IMG/VR virus record: IMGVR_UViG_3300024264_000034
Span: 1-61,118 of that record
Source: a virus
Taxonomy: Duplodnaviria; Caudoviricetes
DNA length: 61,118 nucleotides
Direction: 5' to 3' (one strand)
Shown piece after piece: positions 27,997-39,495 of this stretch. Both the position numbers and the translations under genes were made by a program. The first letter of the stretch is position 1. Each line of letters opens with the position of its first letter. Under the pieces are notes generated by a model. That model made no database searches. It was not told where the DNA came from and worked only from the letters and a program-made list of their open reading frames with translations.

Positions 27997-30900
27997 TTAT
28001 TTTTTAACTATTGTGACGCTGAACCCATACGATTCAGAGAAACCTGTTCTTTTATTATATATTAGCTTTAAATCAAATGGGTTTGTATTTAAAGTTTTTG
28101 ATGCTACATTATTGTTAATAGTTAAACCATTATTAATTTTTTCTGCATCAGTTAATTCAGCTGTGGTATAATTAGGTGGATTTTTAATTCTACTTGCTAA
28201 ACTATAAAATTCTACTTTTTCTATTTTATAAAGCTTTAGAATATTTTCTCTTATATATTGTTCTACATCATCATCCAAAGTTTCCAAATCACCCCAACCG
28301 TATAAAGGATTAATGTATTTTTGAAATTGTTCTTTTATTGGTGTAAATAAGTATTCTATTAATCTTTTTTCATTTAATAAGAAAAATGTTTCTATTGGAG
28401 ATGAAGGCTTTTTCTTAATAGCCTTAACTTGTTTTACTCCATTAGATTTAATAATTCTTTTATTTATCTTTACTGAAGGTTGATCAAGATACATAAAAGT
28501 ACCATCTATTAAGCTTGGTTGTTTTATTGCGCCTTTAACAAAAGGGCTCGGTTTAAATGTTTCTAATTTTATAGTTTCAGGAACTTTAAGATATTTAGAT
28601 CCAAAAAATGATTTACGCTCAAACATTGATCGTGTACCTATAATATTTTGTATCTGAGACTTGTCAATACTTTTTATAAAATATGAAGGTTCCCAGTTAG
28701 ATGAAAATATATAAAAATCTTTATAATCAATACCTATTTCATTAATAAGAGGATATAAACTTGAAAATGCACTTTCACTAGATAACTCTAAAATAGTTGA
28801 AGGATCTTCTTCATTTACTTTATGATAAAAGAAATTTTGAATTTGCCCAAATTCTGGATCTGAACTGTTAAACTGTGAATTTTTAAATTTACATAATTCC
28901 ATTACTTTTATTTTATATGCTGCATCTGGAATAAGTACACTACCAGTCCCACCCGTTACTTCTTCAAAATCTAAGTTTTGATAAGGGTCTCTAAATGATA
29001 GTAAAGGTAATGCATAAGGTTCATAATACCCCGCATGCCTAGCTATAGGAGTTATTCTCGGAGTCTTTTGTAAAGATAAGTCATATCCTACAACATCAGT
29101 TAAATTAAACGCTGTTGGTTTTACTGGGTCAGGTAATATACCTACATAAATAGATTTTAATATATCAGCCTGTGCTCTTAATTCAATACTAAATGTTTGT
29201 GCTAATGTACCATCAGTATTTCTAACCTGAGTACCATCTTCTGTTATTGTTTCATATACAATAGCAGGATTACCTTCATTAACTGAGTCAAAAATTTCAC
29301 CAAAAGAAATATTATTTAATGAATTAGAAAATTGTTGATAACCACCGTTTTGGATTGTATAGGTAGCACTTCTTAATACTGCATCACCAGGTGATGATGA
29401 AGGTAGTGCCATAGGAAACCCATTCTGTGTAAACGTAGATGCTTTAAATGTATCAGAATCTAAAACATCTACAATTCCTGTAATTTGATATACATTAGTC
29501 CCAATTCCAAATTTAATATTTCCAAATGTACCATCTTCCAAAACTCTAATATCATTTACAAAGTTTGTAGGAATTCCATTTATATCAGGTTGCCCTTTTA
29601 TTATATAAATTCCATTTGAGTCGATTGAAGATGAATTCAGCGAAAGAGCACCACTTATATTTAGAGATTTGTATAAATAACCGCTAGCAGAATTGTATTG
29701 TGGTGAACAATCTGAGTTTAAATCAAAATTACTATTTAAAGAATATAGGCTTGTCCTATCTATTATTGGTGCACCTGCGTTAAGACATTCTACATCATAC
29801 TGAATAGACACTAACATTACTATAGTTTTCCATTTTTCATTTTTTATAAACTTAATTTCTAATTCAGGCTTGTCTGGTAGATTAGGAACTAACATTACAG
29901 AAAATCTATAATCATTAATTGAACCATCTTGTACATATGATAGTGAAGATGCATTAAAATTAGGTTTTTGTGACCCTATTGCTTTAGGTTTTGCTATAAT
30001 TCTAACCCCTCTTAAAAATGTTTCAGAAAAATTGTTTTCATTTCCGCCAGCAAACCTACCGTATCTAAGCTGTCTATCAATTTCATTTATAGTACCACCT
30101 GCAGTGAATCTTTGTACAATAAAATAATCATTAAAATAATTAGTATTTATATCTTGAAAGGTACCAGGTACATAAACTTGACCAGTAACTGGGTTAGCAT
30201 TAATACTATCAGTAGCCGCTTTATCAACATAACTCCAGGAGCTTTTAATTGCAGCATTGTTAGTTAAAAAATATTTTGGAAACTCAGATAAGTAATACCA
30301 TTCATGAGTAAACCCACTAGATTCTTGAACTTTGTCCCATTTAGAAGGGGCGAAATTATTTATACCAAATGCTTCATTAACATCTAACCTATATGGATGA
30401 TTTCTTACATCTTTACCATTATTAACCCAAGCCCATTTATTTATATAAGGTGCAATTCTAGACGCAGCTGCCTGCGAAGTTATAAAATTTTCTTCGAGCC
30501 TATTGTATTCACTCTTTATATACTCATCATTAGGATTCTGGTCTTCGGCATCATTTAATAAACCAATAAGATTATAAAAGCCACCATTATCATAAAAATT
30601 TCTAATATTTGGATTCTTACTTACACCAGTGTAATCAACAAACGGTGGTGTAGTACTATAAGGTTGGACCGCATTAGCAACAAGTTGGTTGTATTCTGCT
30701 AATTCAAAATTAAGTTCGCCTTCTTCGCTATATAAAGTACTATAAAAATCAAAATCAAAATCCTTAACCTCAAAAAATGAAAATCTACCAAACGAAGGTT
30801 TATAATCTGAATACAGAGCTACTTGGTTAGACCTAGTAACCATTATTTGATTATCGTTGCATGTAATTATTGCATACTTATCAATATCCGTATATCCAAT

Positions 30901-32724
30901 TATTTGATCTAAGCCATCATAAATAGGTTCATCGGTATAAGGAACCCAATCACCTATTTCAGTATACCCACCAGTAGTCTGTACAAAATTACCTTTCACA
31001 AATCTTTCTTGGTCTCCTAATGTAACTTTAAGTAAACTATTCTTCGTGTCGTTGCCTCCTACAAAGTTTTTATCTGGTAGGGCTAATGATGTGGCAGGAT
31101 ATGTTTCCAATTGTTGAAATTGTTCTGGAAATGAAATATCCATCTTAAAATTTAACCGATTAAATCTAGTTCCACTAAACCTTGATTTTACATAAACTGT
31201 TGTATCATTATAGGATGCTACAAAAAATCTATCATTTTCATTTATTCCTTTATTAATAGCTGATGTTATCGATTGAGTAACTTCCTGTAATGTTCCGTTA
31301 GGATTAAAAAATCTTTCAAAAGATTTACCGGGAATAGTGGCCATTGTGCTATCTGCAAATATCTCTCCAGTAAAATTAACCCCATCATAAAATGATATCT
31401 TACTTCCTTCTTCAACATTATCTAATACTTTAATATACATTTGGGAAATCCCGGCTCTGTTTAGGATACTTGCATTTGCAAATGTATCCGGGTCTTTATA
31501 TCCAGTAAATAAAGATATGTCTACTTTTGTATCAAATAATCTTATTTGATCCTTATTCCATGTAGATCCTTTTTTAATTGTGTGAAAGTCATCTTCTTTA
31601 TCTTTAACATAAAAAATAGATTCTACTTCATCAACTCTTTGCGGTGTGGGCAAGCCTGTAATTGTTTCAGTTTTTAAAGGATCTAAATATAGTAATATGC
31701 CATTTTTATTTGTTAGCTCCAATGGTGTATTTAAAAATTGGGAAACTTCGGTTATGCTTGTTATTACAGGCTGTTGGGTTTTTTCTGTTGATGTTCCTTT
31801 ATAAAATGCTTCTCCCGATATATCAAACTTTCCTTCTTCAATATCATTAACATACATACCAAAATATCTATTAATAGAATAATCATCAGCAGTAGGATCA
31901 TCAAACAAAAATTCCATATTTAATAAGTTAGCTAAGATAATACCATTATTCTGAAAACCCTGTGTAAATAGATACTCATCTTGCATAATAGTAGAATCTT
32001 TAACCACCATATCTTTATACGCAAAGTTACCAGAACTTGTAAATCCACCACTCTTGTAAGATATACCATTCCATAAAATAGGTTCATCTTTTCTCCATGT
32101 CATATTAAGAGGAACTTCTGGAAAGTTTTCTTGGTTTCTATAATTTCTAATATAAGAACCTAGTACAGTTCCTTCTGTTAAATCAAAAGTTTTAATTGCA
32201 GTACAATTCTCTAAAACATTTTTATTAAAATCAACTGAAGTTTGTGCACTTGCAGTATTTTCATTTTGACTAGGAGCTCTAAAATTATTAACTGCTGCTG
32301 GGTTATCTAATCTAAAAACTACGAAATAGTTTGGAATTTGTTCATTTAACCATAACGGGGCAAGAGTACCTAAACTTTGCGGATAACTAGTAGATGCTAC
32401 AGATCTAGTCCCTGCACAGTAAAACATTTCATATTGATTACCATACTTAGATAAAACTGAAGTATCTTCATATTCTTGAAATATTTCATATGCAGCCTCA
32501 ATAGGAAATTTACCAAAATCAAAAAATCTAAAAACATCTTGATCATAGGTACTAGTACCATCAACTTTAAATGCTTTAAATTTTTGTGAAGATAGTCTTG
32601 TATTTGCACTAAAAGATTCTAGGTAAATATCTGTGCCATCAGACACAACCTTTACATTAGCAGTCAATTTAGGATTAGTTCTAACTAAACTGTATGATGC
32701 TTTATCGAATAAGTTTTCAGCCAT
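27997..32724 (-). CDS. Large putative virion/baseplate-associated protein (1575 aa)
   Basis: Long ORF in the structural cluster; no motif recognised. Confidence 0.6.
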   Translation of the reverse strand: MAENLFDKASYSLVRTNPKLTANVKVVSDGTDIYLESFSANTRLSSQKFKAFKVDGTSTYDQDVFRFFDFGKFPIEAAYEIFQEYEDTSVLSKYGNQYEMFYCAGTRSVASTSYPQSLGTLAPLWLNEQIPNYFVVFRLDNPAAVNNFRAPSQNENTASAQTSVDFNKNVLENCTAIKTFDLTEGTVLGSYIRNYRNQENFPEVPLNMTWRKDEPILWNGISYKSGGFTSSGNFAYKDMVVKDSTIMQDEYLFTQGFQNNGIILANLLNMEFLFDDPTADDYSINRYFGMYVNDIEEGKFDISGEAFYKGTSTEKTQQPVITSITEVSQFLNTPLELTNKNGILLYLDPLKTETITGLPTPQRVDEVESIFYVKDKEDDFHTIKKGSTWNKDQIRLFDTKVDISLFTGYKDPDTFANASILNRAGISQMYIKVLDNVEEGSKISFYDGVNFTGEIFADSTMATIPGKSFERFFNPNGTLQEVTQSITSAINKGINENDRFFVASYNDTTVYVKSRFSGTRFNRLNFKMDISFPEQFQQLETYPATSLALPDKNFVGGNDTKNSLLKVTLGDQERFVKGNFVQTTGGYTEIGDWVPYTDEPIYDGLDQIIGYTDIDKYAIITCNDNQIMVTRSNQVALYSDYKPSFGRFSFFEVKDFDFDFYSTLYSEEGELNFELAEYNQLVANAVQPYSTTPPFVDYTGVSKNPNIRNFYDNGGFYNLIGLLNDAEDQNPNDEYIKSEYNRLEENFITSQAAASRIAPYINKWAWVNNGKDVRNHPYRLDVNEAFGINNFAPSKWDKVQESSGFTHEWYYLSEFPKYFLTNNAAIKSSWSYVDKAATDSINANPVTGQVYVPGTFQDINTNYFNDYFIVQRFTAGGTINEIDRQLRYGRFAGGNENNFSETFLRGVRIIAKPKAIGSQKPNFNASSLSYVQDGSINDYRFSVMLVPNLPDKPELEIKFIKNEKWKTIVMLVSIQYDVECLNAGAPIIDRTSLYSLNSNFDLNSDCSPQYNSASGYLYKSLNISGALSLNSSSIDSNGIYIIKGQPDINGIPTNFVNDIRVLEDGTFGNIKFGIGTNVYQITGIVDVLDSDTFKASTFTQNGFPMALPSSSPGDAVLRSATYTIQNGGYQQFSNSLNNISFGEIFDSVNEGNPAIVYETITEDGTQVRNTDGTLAQTFSIELRAQADILKSIYVGILPDPVKPTAFNLTDVVGYDLSLQKTPRITPIARHAGYYEPYALPLLSFRDPYQNLDFEEVTGGTGSVLIPDAAYKIKVMELCKFKNSQFNSSDPEFGQIQNFFYHKVNEEDPSTILELSSESAFSSLYPLINEIGIDYKDFYIFSSNWEPSYFIKSIDKSQIQNIIGTRSMFERKSFFGSKYLKVPETIKLETFKPSPFVKGAIKQPSLIDGTFMYLDQPSVKINKRIIKSNGVKQVKAIKKKPSSPIETFFLLNEKRLIEYLFTPIKEQFQKYINPLYGWGDLETLDDDVEQYIRENILKLYKIEKVEFYSLASRIKNPPNYTTAELTDAEKINNGLTINNNVASKTLNTNPFDLKLIYNKRTGFSESYGFSVTIVKK

Positions 32725-32770
32725 TTATCTTTCACTTTTTTTATATATTCACTAAAAGACATGGTTAAAT

Positions 32771-35700
32771 TTATAAGTTAGCTGTACCAATAAAAGTTTG
32801 AGTGCCACGACCACCGCCACCACCGCCACCACCGCCAGATACTGTGGTTTGTGTTATTGATGGTCTTAGTCCTGCAACAACCTTCTCTAAATCATTTAAT
32901 CCTTTGGTTACTGTTGCTTTAGGGAATACATCTAAAGTCAACCTATCAGATCTATATTTTGCACTAACTTCAATATCAAATTGTATAACATCTGAATTAT
33001 TAGGTAGTAAATCAAATCCTATTCTTTTTGCATAAGTAAGATTAACAGTAGATCCAGTTGAATCTCCACCAACATTACCTAAACCGCTACCTGAAACCGT
33101 ACCAAAATAATCAGTCATTCTATATTGAAACACTAGAGGAATACTAATTGCATTTTGCTGTCCGAATTGCACAATTTCTCTAGATTGTATAGAATCTCCA
33201 TCTACTTGGATATTTAAATGATTATCTGAAGATATAAATAAGTAAGACCCACAGCTCTGTTTTCCTAATGTATATTGATCAAAACCTTCAAATGAAGTTT
33301 TAGCATTCCTAGCATAACCACCAGTAATATAACCCGCAGCAGATACATCCCAAAGATTAGCTAAAGCAGGTGTTGTAATTGAAGGGCTAGCTTGTAAGTT
33401 TTGTCCACTATCAAACGGAACTGTTAATTGTGAAACACCACCAGACCCAGTTGCTAAATTATATAAATCAGTAACATTTTCATTTAAATAAATTGCTTGT
33501 TGCTTACCGTAAGGTTGATCTATCTTTAACGGTGAAAATTTTGATTGTCTAAATAATACACTACCTGTACCATTACCTCCTGCACTACAATCTAGCCCAC
33601 CTGCTGGAACCGTTGCAGGTAAAGTATTAGTATCGCCAGTAAAAGATTCATAAGCTTCTCTGTATGCAGTATAATTTACTAAGTATGGATGGGCGATTGA
33701 AACTTGTACCACATCATCATTTACTGGATAAGATGTAGACGTTGTTGGTAAACCTGATGGTAAAAAACCACCACCCCAAATAAATTCAGTAGTAGGATTT
33801 CCTGAACCAGAGTTACTTGCTGCATTATAAAAGTTTTCTACAGTATCTAAATTAAAAGTATAATCTGATGCTGGGTTAACATAACTATAAAAATCACCTT
33901 CGGCTGATACATCAGAATATCTACTATAAATAAATTGATTTTTATTTTGTGTAGACTGGAATGGTGGTATTGAAACAGTTTGTTCATACTGGGTACTCGC
34001 AGTCACATCTGGGTTAGTTAAGATAATAGGAGTTAAATCATATTTTCTAACTGTGTTGTAATCTGTATCATCAGCTCTAAATGTTGCTCTATTATTAGAC
34101 TGATTGGCTTGGCTATTATCTAACCATGAATATGTTGCCGGTAGAATAGTAGATCCATTTATAAGAGTACCTACGCCCGGAGCACCAGTAGCACTATAGT
34201 CAGCAGGATTTTCTGATTGTTTTACCATCCTACTTCTATTACCTGTAACTCTAGCTAATAATTGTAAAGCAGTTTGAGATTCATTTGCAATATTAATAAA
34301 ATAAGTTTTGGAAACAACAGCTCCTCTTGGATCATCTAAGCTTTTAACTTCTTGTCCATAAAATCCTGCAAATATTTTAGTAGTAGCATTTCGTCTTAAA
34401 TTAAATGTATTACCAGTATCATCAACTAATGTTGTTTTTAATTCACCTTGTGCAGAGCTTAATATTTCAGAAAATAAATCTAATTGATTTTGCATTTCTG
34501 TTAATTTTGTAAAAAGATCAATGGGTGTTTGATTTTCTGATAAAAATCCTGATGCAATTACAGGAGATGAGTGTGCAAAATAAGTTTCGTTTGCAGTAAA
34601 AGAACTGCTTAAATGGGTTGGTAATCCAATAGATTCTAAATTTTCATTTAATGCCACTAATGCCAAATCTTCTTGATTTTGGGCAAGTATTGATTCTATT
34701 GCACTATCAGAACTTAGATCAGCAGGAAATTCTACTCTTATTGCTGTGCTATATTCACTTTCTAGTGGATTGGATGGCCAACCTGCCTCAGATATAGATT
34801 TTACTTGTATTTCAACCTGTTCTCCTTTCCTAATAGGAATATCTAATTGATTTATATTTACCGAATCAGCATTATCATCATCTATTGGAGACCATTCATA
34901 TAATCCTGTTATAGAATTTTTTGTTCTAGGTCTTAATACACTATCTACTATTACATAATTAGAAAATGCACCTTGGCTAGTACCACTCCCATCAGTATAT
35001 GTAAATTGATTAACTGGATTAGCGGCACCGTCAGACGAAAGATATCTATAACGGTATTTAAATTTTATAATATCCTGTACCCCAGTTGCAGGTGTAGATT
35101 TTTCTTCAGGCATTGACCAAAAACCTCTTACTCTATACTTAGGTGTTATACTACTTACTGAATTATCTGAAGCAAAAGAATTAATTTCAGTTACAACAGA
35201 TGCATATAGTTTTGCCGATGCAGCTCTTTCAGTAATTAACCCTTGTAATGCGTTTCTATCTGCATCTCGCTCTACTTCAGTTGTATAATTAGTTGTCTGT
35301 ATTTTAGTTCTGCTCTGTCCAATTGCTACATCTAATTCTGATAGTGTAGATTGAATAGTATTTTTTTGATTATTTAAATCTTTAAGTTGAACAATAGCAT
35401 CTGAATTACTTACTTGGCCATTAATTAAAGATACAGTAAAATCATCTGGTGATAATACTGGAGCATTTGGTGTAACACCTTCTCTACTCGTTGGCATCTT
35501 ATCTTGTGCAAATGATAATAGATACCTTCCAAAATCAACTGCATTTTGTTGATAATAATCAGCTAGGGTTTGCGCTTCTCCAGCAGAATTAATAGTTGAC
35601 AAAGAATTTGTGTAAAATCCACTACCAGGAGACCAATTAACTGCTGGTATTTTAGAATCTGGATCTATTGGTTTAATAAATGTTATACATCTTTCATTAA

Positions 35701-36670
35701 ATCCTACAGTGACGTCAACCTCTAATGTATCACTTAAAGAAGATCCTATTTTTAAAACATCAGCACCAATACTTATAGTTCTTTGGCCTTCTTGTAATCT
35801 TACAGTAACTGAATTAGTACTAGAATCAATTTGAGTAACAGTATATCTTGTATCAATAGGTGTAGATACTACTTCTAAACTATCACCTACCTTTAGTTGA
35901 ACAGTATCTGCAAAATCCGCCTCAGAATCAGTATAAAATATTTTATTAAGTTTGTATAGTTTTTGAACAGTTGTTTGTTCTACACCGTTAACTGTTTCAG
36001 TAACGCTTTCCTCTCCTATTCTTATAACACTAAACTTACCAGAATATCTCTTATCTCTTGGTGGTAAATCAACAACAGCTTCATCTAATACATAAGAAAT
36101 ATTTTTCTCTACTATTTCTTGTAAAAAAGTATTATAATCTATATTAGCATTTCCATTATATTGATTTTCAAAGAAATTAATTTTACTTTGACTATTAGTA
36201 TCTAAAATATATCTCTGTACAATGGCGCGCTCAGTATCAATAGGAGCTTGGCCTGTAATATCAAATGCTACATATAATAAAGGATTAATTAATTCTTCAA
36301 AAAACCAATTAGGCTTAACATCGAACTCATTAATAGAATTTAATGATGTCAAGTCTTGTGCTTCAGTTGGTAATTTTGCTAAAACTAATTTCCTAAAGGT
36401 TCCATCAGCTAATCTTATTGAACTATTTCCATCATTAAAATTAGTAATTGTATTAATATTGGTATTTAACCTATCAACAGAATTTTTTAGAAATCCAAAA
36501 CTAGGAATAGTAATCCTAGAGTTAGTACCATCATTATTCTGTATATTAACAGTTACTGAATCTCGGCTTGATGTAATTGCTTGATTAACTTTCTCAAAGC
36601 CCTCCAAAGAGTTATTAAAAAGTCTAAGTAACTCCGGTAGCAAAGTTTGTATTGAATTATTTTCAGCCAT
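32771..36670 (-). CDS. Large putative virion protein with coiled coil and fibronectin-III-like segment (1299 aa)
   Basis: Central coiled coil, YRVRGFW...KFKYRYRY...EIQVKSISEAGW FN3-like pattern and C-terminal poly-Gly. Confidence 0.6.
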   Translation of the reverse strand: MAENNSIQTLLPELLRLFNNSLEGFEKVNQAITSSRDSVTVNIQNNDGTNSRITIPSFGFLKNSVDRLNTNINTITNFNDGNSSIRLADGTFRKLVLAKLPTEAQDLTSLNSINEFDVKPNWFFEELINPLLYVAFDITGQAPIDTERAIVQRYILDTNSQSKINFFENQYNGNANIDYNTFLQEIVEKNISYVLDEAVVDLPPRDKRYSGKFSVIRIGEESVTETVNGVEQTTVQKLYKLNKIFYTDSEADFADTVQLKVGDSLEVVSTPIDTRYTVTQIDSSTNSVTVRLQEGQRTISIGADVLKIGSSLSDTLEVDVTVGFNERCITFIKPIDPDSKIPAVNWSPGSGFYTNSLSTINSAGEAQTLADYYQQNAVDFGRYLLSFAQDKMPTSREGVTPNAPVLSPDDFTVSLINGQVSNSDAIVQLKDLNNQKNTIQSTLSELDVAIGQSRTKIQTTNYTTEVERDADRNALQGLITERAASAKLYASVVTEINSFASDNSVSSITPKYRVRGFWSMPEEKSTPATGVQDIIKFKYRYRYLSSDGAANPVNQFTYTDGSGTSQGAFSNYVIVDSVLRPRTKNSITGLYEWSPIDDDNADSVNINQLDIPIRKGEQVEIQVKSISEAGWPSNPLESEYSTAIRVEFPADLSSDSAIESILAQNQEDLALVALNENLESIGLPTHLSSSFTANETYFAHSSPVIASGFLSENQTPIDLFTKLTEMQNQLDLFSEILSSAQGELKTTLVDDTGNTFNLRRNATTKIFAGFYGQEVKSLDDPRGAVVSKTYFINIANESQTALQLLARVTGNRSRMVKQSENPADYSATGAPGVGTLINGSTILPATYSWLDNSQANQSNNRATFRADDTDYNTVRKYDLTPIILTNPDVTASTQYEQTVSIPPFQSTQNKNQFIYSRYSDVSAEGDFYSYVNPASDYTFNLDTVENFYNAASNSGSGNPTTEFIWGGGFLPSGLPTTSTSYPVNDDVVQVSIAHPYLVNYTAYREAYESFTGDTNTLPATVPAGGLDCSAGGNGTGSVLFRQSKFSPLKIDQPYGKQQAIYLNENVTDLYNLATGSGGVSQLTVPFDSGQNLQASPSITTPALANLWDVSAAGYITGGYARNAKTSFEGFDQYTLGKQSCGSYLFISSDNHLNIQVDGDSIQSREIVQFGQQNAISIPLVFQYRMTDYFGTVSGSGLGNVGGDSTGSTVNLTYAKRIGFDLLPNNSDVIQFDIEVSAKYRSDRLTLDVFPKATVTKGLNDLEKVVAGLRPSITQTTVSGGGGGGGGGRGTQTFIGTANL

Positions 36671-36692
36671 TATCTATTTTTACTTTTTATAT

Positions 36693-38807
36693 TTATTTGA
36701 TACAATCATATACAAATGTTAATACACCTCTCTCTGTACAAATTAAATCAATAATAGGTAAAGAGCTTATTTGTGAATTAGGTATTGTCGCTGCTAATTT
36801 ACCAAACGATCCATTATTAAGTCTGCTTGGTGCATCAGTGTATATTTTTATATCTCTTGATCCTAAAAGCGGAACATTATTAAATGTTAATCTAATAGTT
36901 TGTCCTGTTCTCCATTGAACAGCGGTATCATCAATATAAATAGAAAGATCGCCATTTGCTTGATTAATCGTATCTAATCTTAGCATATTAGTATATGTTC
37001 CTAGTGTTGTAAATACCTCTGGGTTAACAACATTAAGATTCAGTGGAGCTGCTGTTGTAATTTGAACATCGCTGCTATCAAAAGGAACCATAAAGTTATA
37101 TGCTTGGACATTATTTGATATTTGAATTTGGTTAGGAGTATTAGTATTTACTGCTATACCTTCACCTTGTCTAACCACATCAGTATTATATTGTAAAGTT
37201 TGGGAAACGTCTCCATTAGCTAATGCCTGAATTTCATCGGAATTTTTAGCAATTAAATCTAATAAGGTAGTACTACTTGCAAATGCCAATGATGCATTAT
37301 CAATTTGTATTTGTAAATTATTAATTTGTGATTGTAAAAAAGCAGATGTACTAACTGAATTTAATGTATTTTCAACTGCATTTAATCTAGTCTGTATATC
37401 AGTTAATTCTACTTGTTGTGTTTGGAAAATTTGAGCAGACGCTTGAAGTTGAGCAGATGCATCTGAAAATAGCCCCATTGAAAAAGTATTGTAATCATTT
37501 ACAATTGTATCAATACCTGCACTACCAGGAGAAGCATCAAATCTTAAATTTATTTTAAATCCATAGCTATTACCATTTTGCCCAGTTACTAAATTAGGTT
37601 TATATTTTGGGTATCTTTGAATATATCCACCGTCGGTAGTTGGTGTCACATTATCTAATAATAAAATACCGTATAAATTAGTTTTTGTTTTAGATGAATC
37701 ACTTAAGTCCACCATATCATAATAAACAGCTACTGCATTAAATTCAAAAGATTCAGCTAAATCAGTCCCATTAAATTGTGGTATTGTACTTATCGTAGCA
37801 TCCTTTACAATTTGCTCATAATCATTAGGATTAAAATCTACACTAATTCCATCTAACTCACTCCTTACATATGCTGAACCAGAAAACCCTGACGGGTTAT
37901 TATAATCAGCTGGATATTTTCTAATATTTGCATTAAGAACGCTAGTAAATGTATTAGGTTCTGTAAAATATGAATCAACCGTATTTGGTGGTGTAGCCTC
38001 GTCCATCCAATTAGCATCTGGGTCCGTATAACCTGCAGGCCCTGCACCTTGTAATGGTTGATCATAATCATACCAAGCTAAAATATCTAAACCTTGTGGG
38101 TGGACTGTTGCTGTATTTCTACCCATTATATACTCGCTTGTACCTTGTATTTTTAATGATGGTTGATAGTTATTATCAGATACTGAATCAAAGAGGATTG
38201 TAGGTGTTCTACCCACTTCTGTCGGTACATTAATATATAATTCTGTATAAGCTTCTCCGGCTTTATCTACATTATTTACAATATCAATTTCACCAATATA
38301 TCTAACAACCCTTCTATACTGTCTAGTTCCAGACGTTACCTCATCCTCCTCGACAAATCTCGGTGTAGTAATACCGTTGGCTTTTTCTAGTGGTGTGGCT
38401 TCTCTAAACCTCATTGCACCAGTTTCTTTTAACCATTTAAAAAATACTCTCTCAGTAACAGTTAAATTTGTAGTATTATCATATGATGAGTCGCTAATAA
38501 TGAGTTCTTCTAAATTCAGCGCGTAATTTTGAAGACTCTCAGTAAAGTTAACATTAGGATCACCTTTTAATCCACCGCTCCAAATTGCACCATCTATAGT
38601 ATCAAACTGCATATAGTTTTGGTATTGGCTAAATGTTGTTGGATCTAATCTATCCATATCTGGAAGATTAAGAAGCACAAACTTAGAAAAGACTAATTTA
38701 AGCTCGTCATTATTAAGAGTTCTAGATAAGTCTTTAGCAGAAGAAGAGAACGTATAAAACGATCCCCCATCTGCTTGTGGAGTTCTGATTAAGGGCGTTG
38801 TTGCCAT
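36693..38807 (-). CDS. Putative virion structural protein with coiled coil (704 aa)
   Basis: Long ORF in the structural cluster; Q/L heptad region before a C-terminal beta domain. Confidence 0.6.
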   Translation of the reverse strand: MATTPLIRTPQADGGSFYTFSSSAKDLSRTLNNDELKLVFSKFVLLNLPDMDRLDPTTFSQYQNYMQFDTIDGAIWSGGLKGDPNVNFTESLQNYALNLEELIISDSSYDNTTNLTVTERVFFKWLKETGAMRFREATPLEKANGITTPRFVEEDEVTSGTRQYRRVVRYIGEIDIVNNVDKAGEAYTELYINVPTEVGRTPTILFDSVSDNNYQPSLKIQGTSEYIMGRNTATVHPQGLDILAWYDYDQPLQGAGPAGYTDPDANWMDEATPPNTVDSYFTEPNTFTSVLNANIRKYPADYNNPSGFSGSAYVRSELDGISVDFNPNDYEQIVKDATISTIPQFNGTDLAESFEFNAVAVYYDMVDLSDSSKTKTNLYGILLLDNVTPTTDGGYIQRYPKYKPNLVTGQNGNSYGFKINLRFDASPGSAGIDTIVNDYNTFSMGLFSDASAQLQASAQIFQTQQVELTDIQTRLNAVENTLNSVSTSAFLQSQINNLQIQIDNASLAFASSTTLLDLIAKNSDEIQALANGDVSQTLQYNTDVVRQGEGIAVNTNTPNQIQISNNVQAYNFMVPFDSSDVQITTAAPLNLNVVNPEVFTTLGTYTNMLRLDTINQANGDLSIYIDDTAVQWRTGQTIRLTFNNVPLLGSRDIKIYTDAPSRLNNGSFGKLAATIPNSQISSLPIIDLICTERGVLTFVYDCIK

Positions 38808-38829
38808 GTATAGTTTCTTTCTTTAATTA

Positions 38830-39480
38830 TTATGATAATGTATACCCTTCTCCACCGACTATAAACCAGACTGGAATGCCTGATCCATTATCAATAGCTA
38901 AAAGATGTACACTTTCGCCTACCTCATCTAAAGTAATAGTATTAGTTGCACCAGTAGTTACTATATAGTTTAAACCTGTTGGTGAAGCTATATTAACAGT
39001 ACCACTACCTTCAGTGCAAATAAAGAATATTTCTTGTCCTATACTTCCTTGGTATAATGATAATGATAAAGGGTTTGTAATATCAGTATTTCCACACCTA
39101 TTCATTGTGAAAGGTGGTATTGCTGTACTAGTTCCAACATTAATCGCCATACCTGCACCTGCTGTAGTATCATTAAGAGGTGTTGGGTTTGTATCATTTC
39201 TAAATACACCACCACCTGACATATTTAAATTACCTGTCATCTTAACATTCGTTAGAATATCAAAAGTACTAGCATTAATGTCAAGTAGTATAGTACTTAA
39301 ACCAACTCTTAATGCTTCAGATGAAAGATTATTTAGATTAGTAAGTGTACCTGCAGCAGGGGCAAAATATACCTCCATTGCATTAATCTCACTAGCAAGA
39401 ACATTAAAGTTATCATTAATAACTAACCTTGATCCGGATAAGGAATCGGTTCCTAAAATTTCTGTTACGCTGATTGCCAT
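38830..39480 (-). CDS. Short fibre-like structural protein (216 aa)
   Basis: MAISVTEILGTDSLSGSRLVINDNF N-terminal motif similar to 25446..27986; C-terminal ITLDEVGESVHL..W knob-like end. Confidence 0.55.
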   Translation of the reverse strand: MAISVTEILGTDSLSGSRLVINDNFNVLASEINAMEVYFAPAAGTLTNLNNLSSEALRVGLSTILLDINASTFDILTNVKMTGNLNMSGGGVFRNDTNPTPLNDTTAGAGMAINVGTSTAIPPFTMNRCGNTDITNPLSLSLYQGSIGQEIFFICTEGSGTVNIASPTGLNYIVTTGATNTITLDEVGESVHLLAIDNGSGIPVWFIVGGEGYTLS

Positions 39481-39495
39481 TTTGTTTTATTTGTT

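Noticed and set aside
32808-32836. GC-rich ccaccg repeat as a regulatory element
   Set aside because: It simply encodes the poly-Gly stretch near the C-terminus of the 1299-aa protein.
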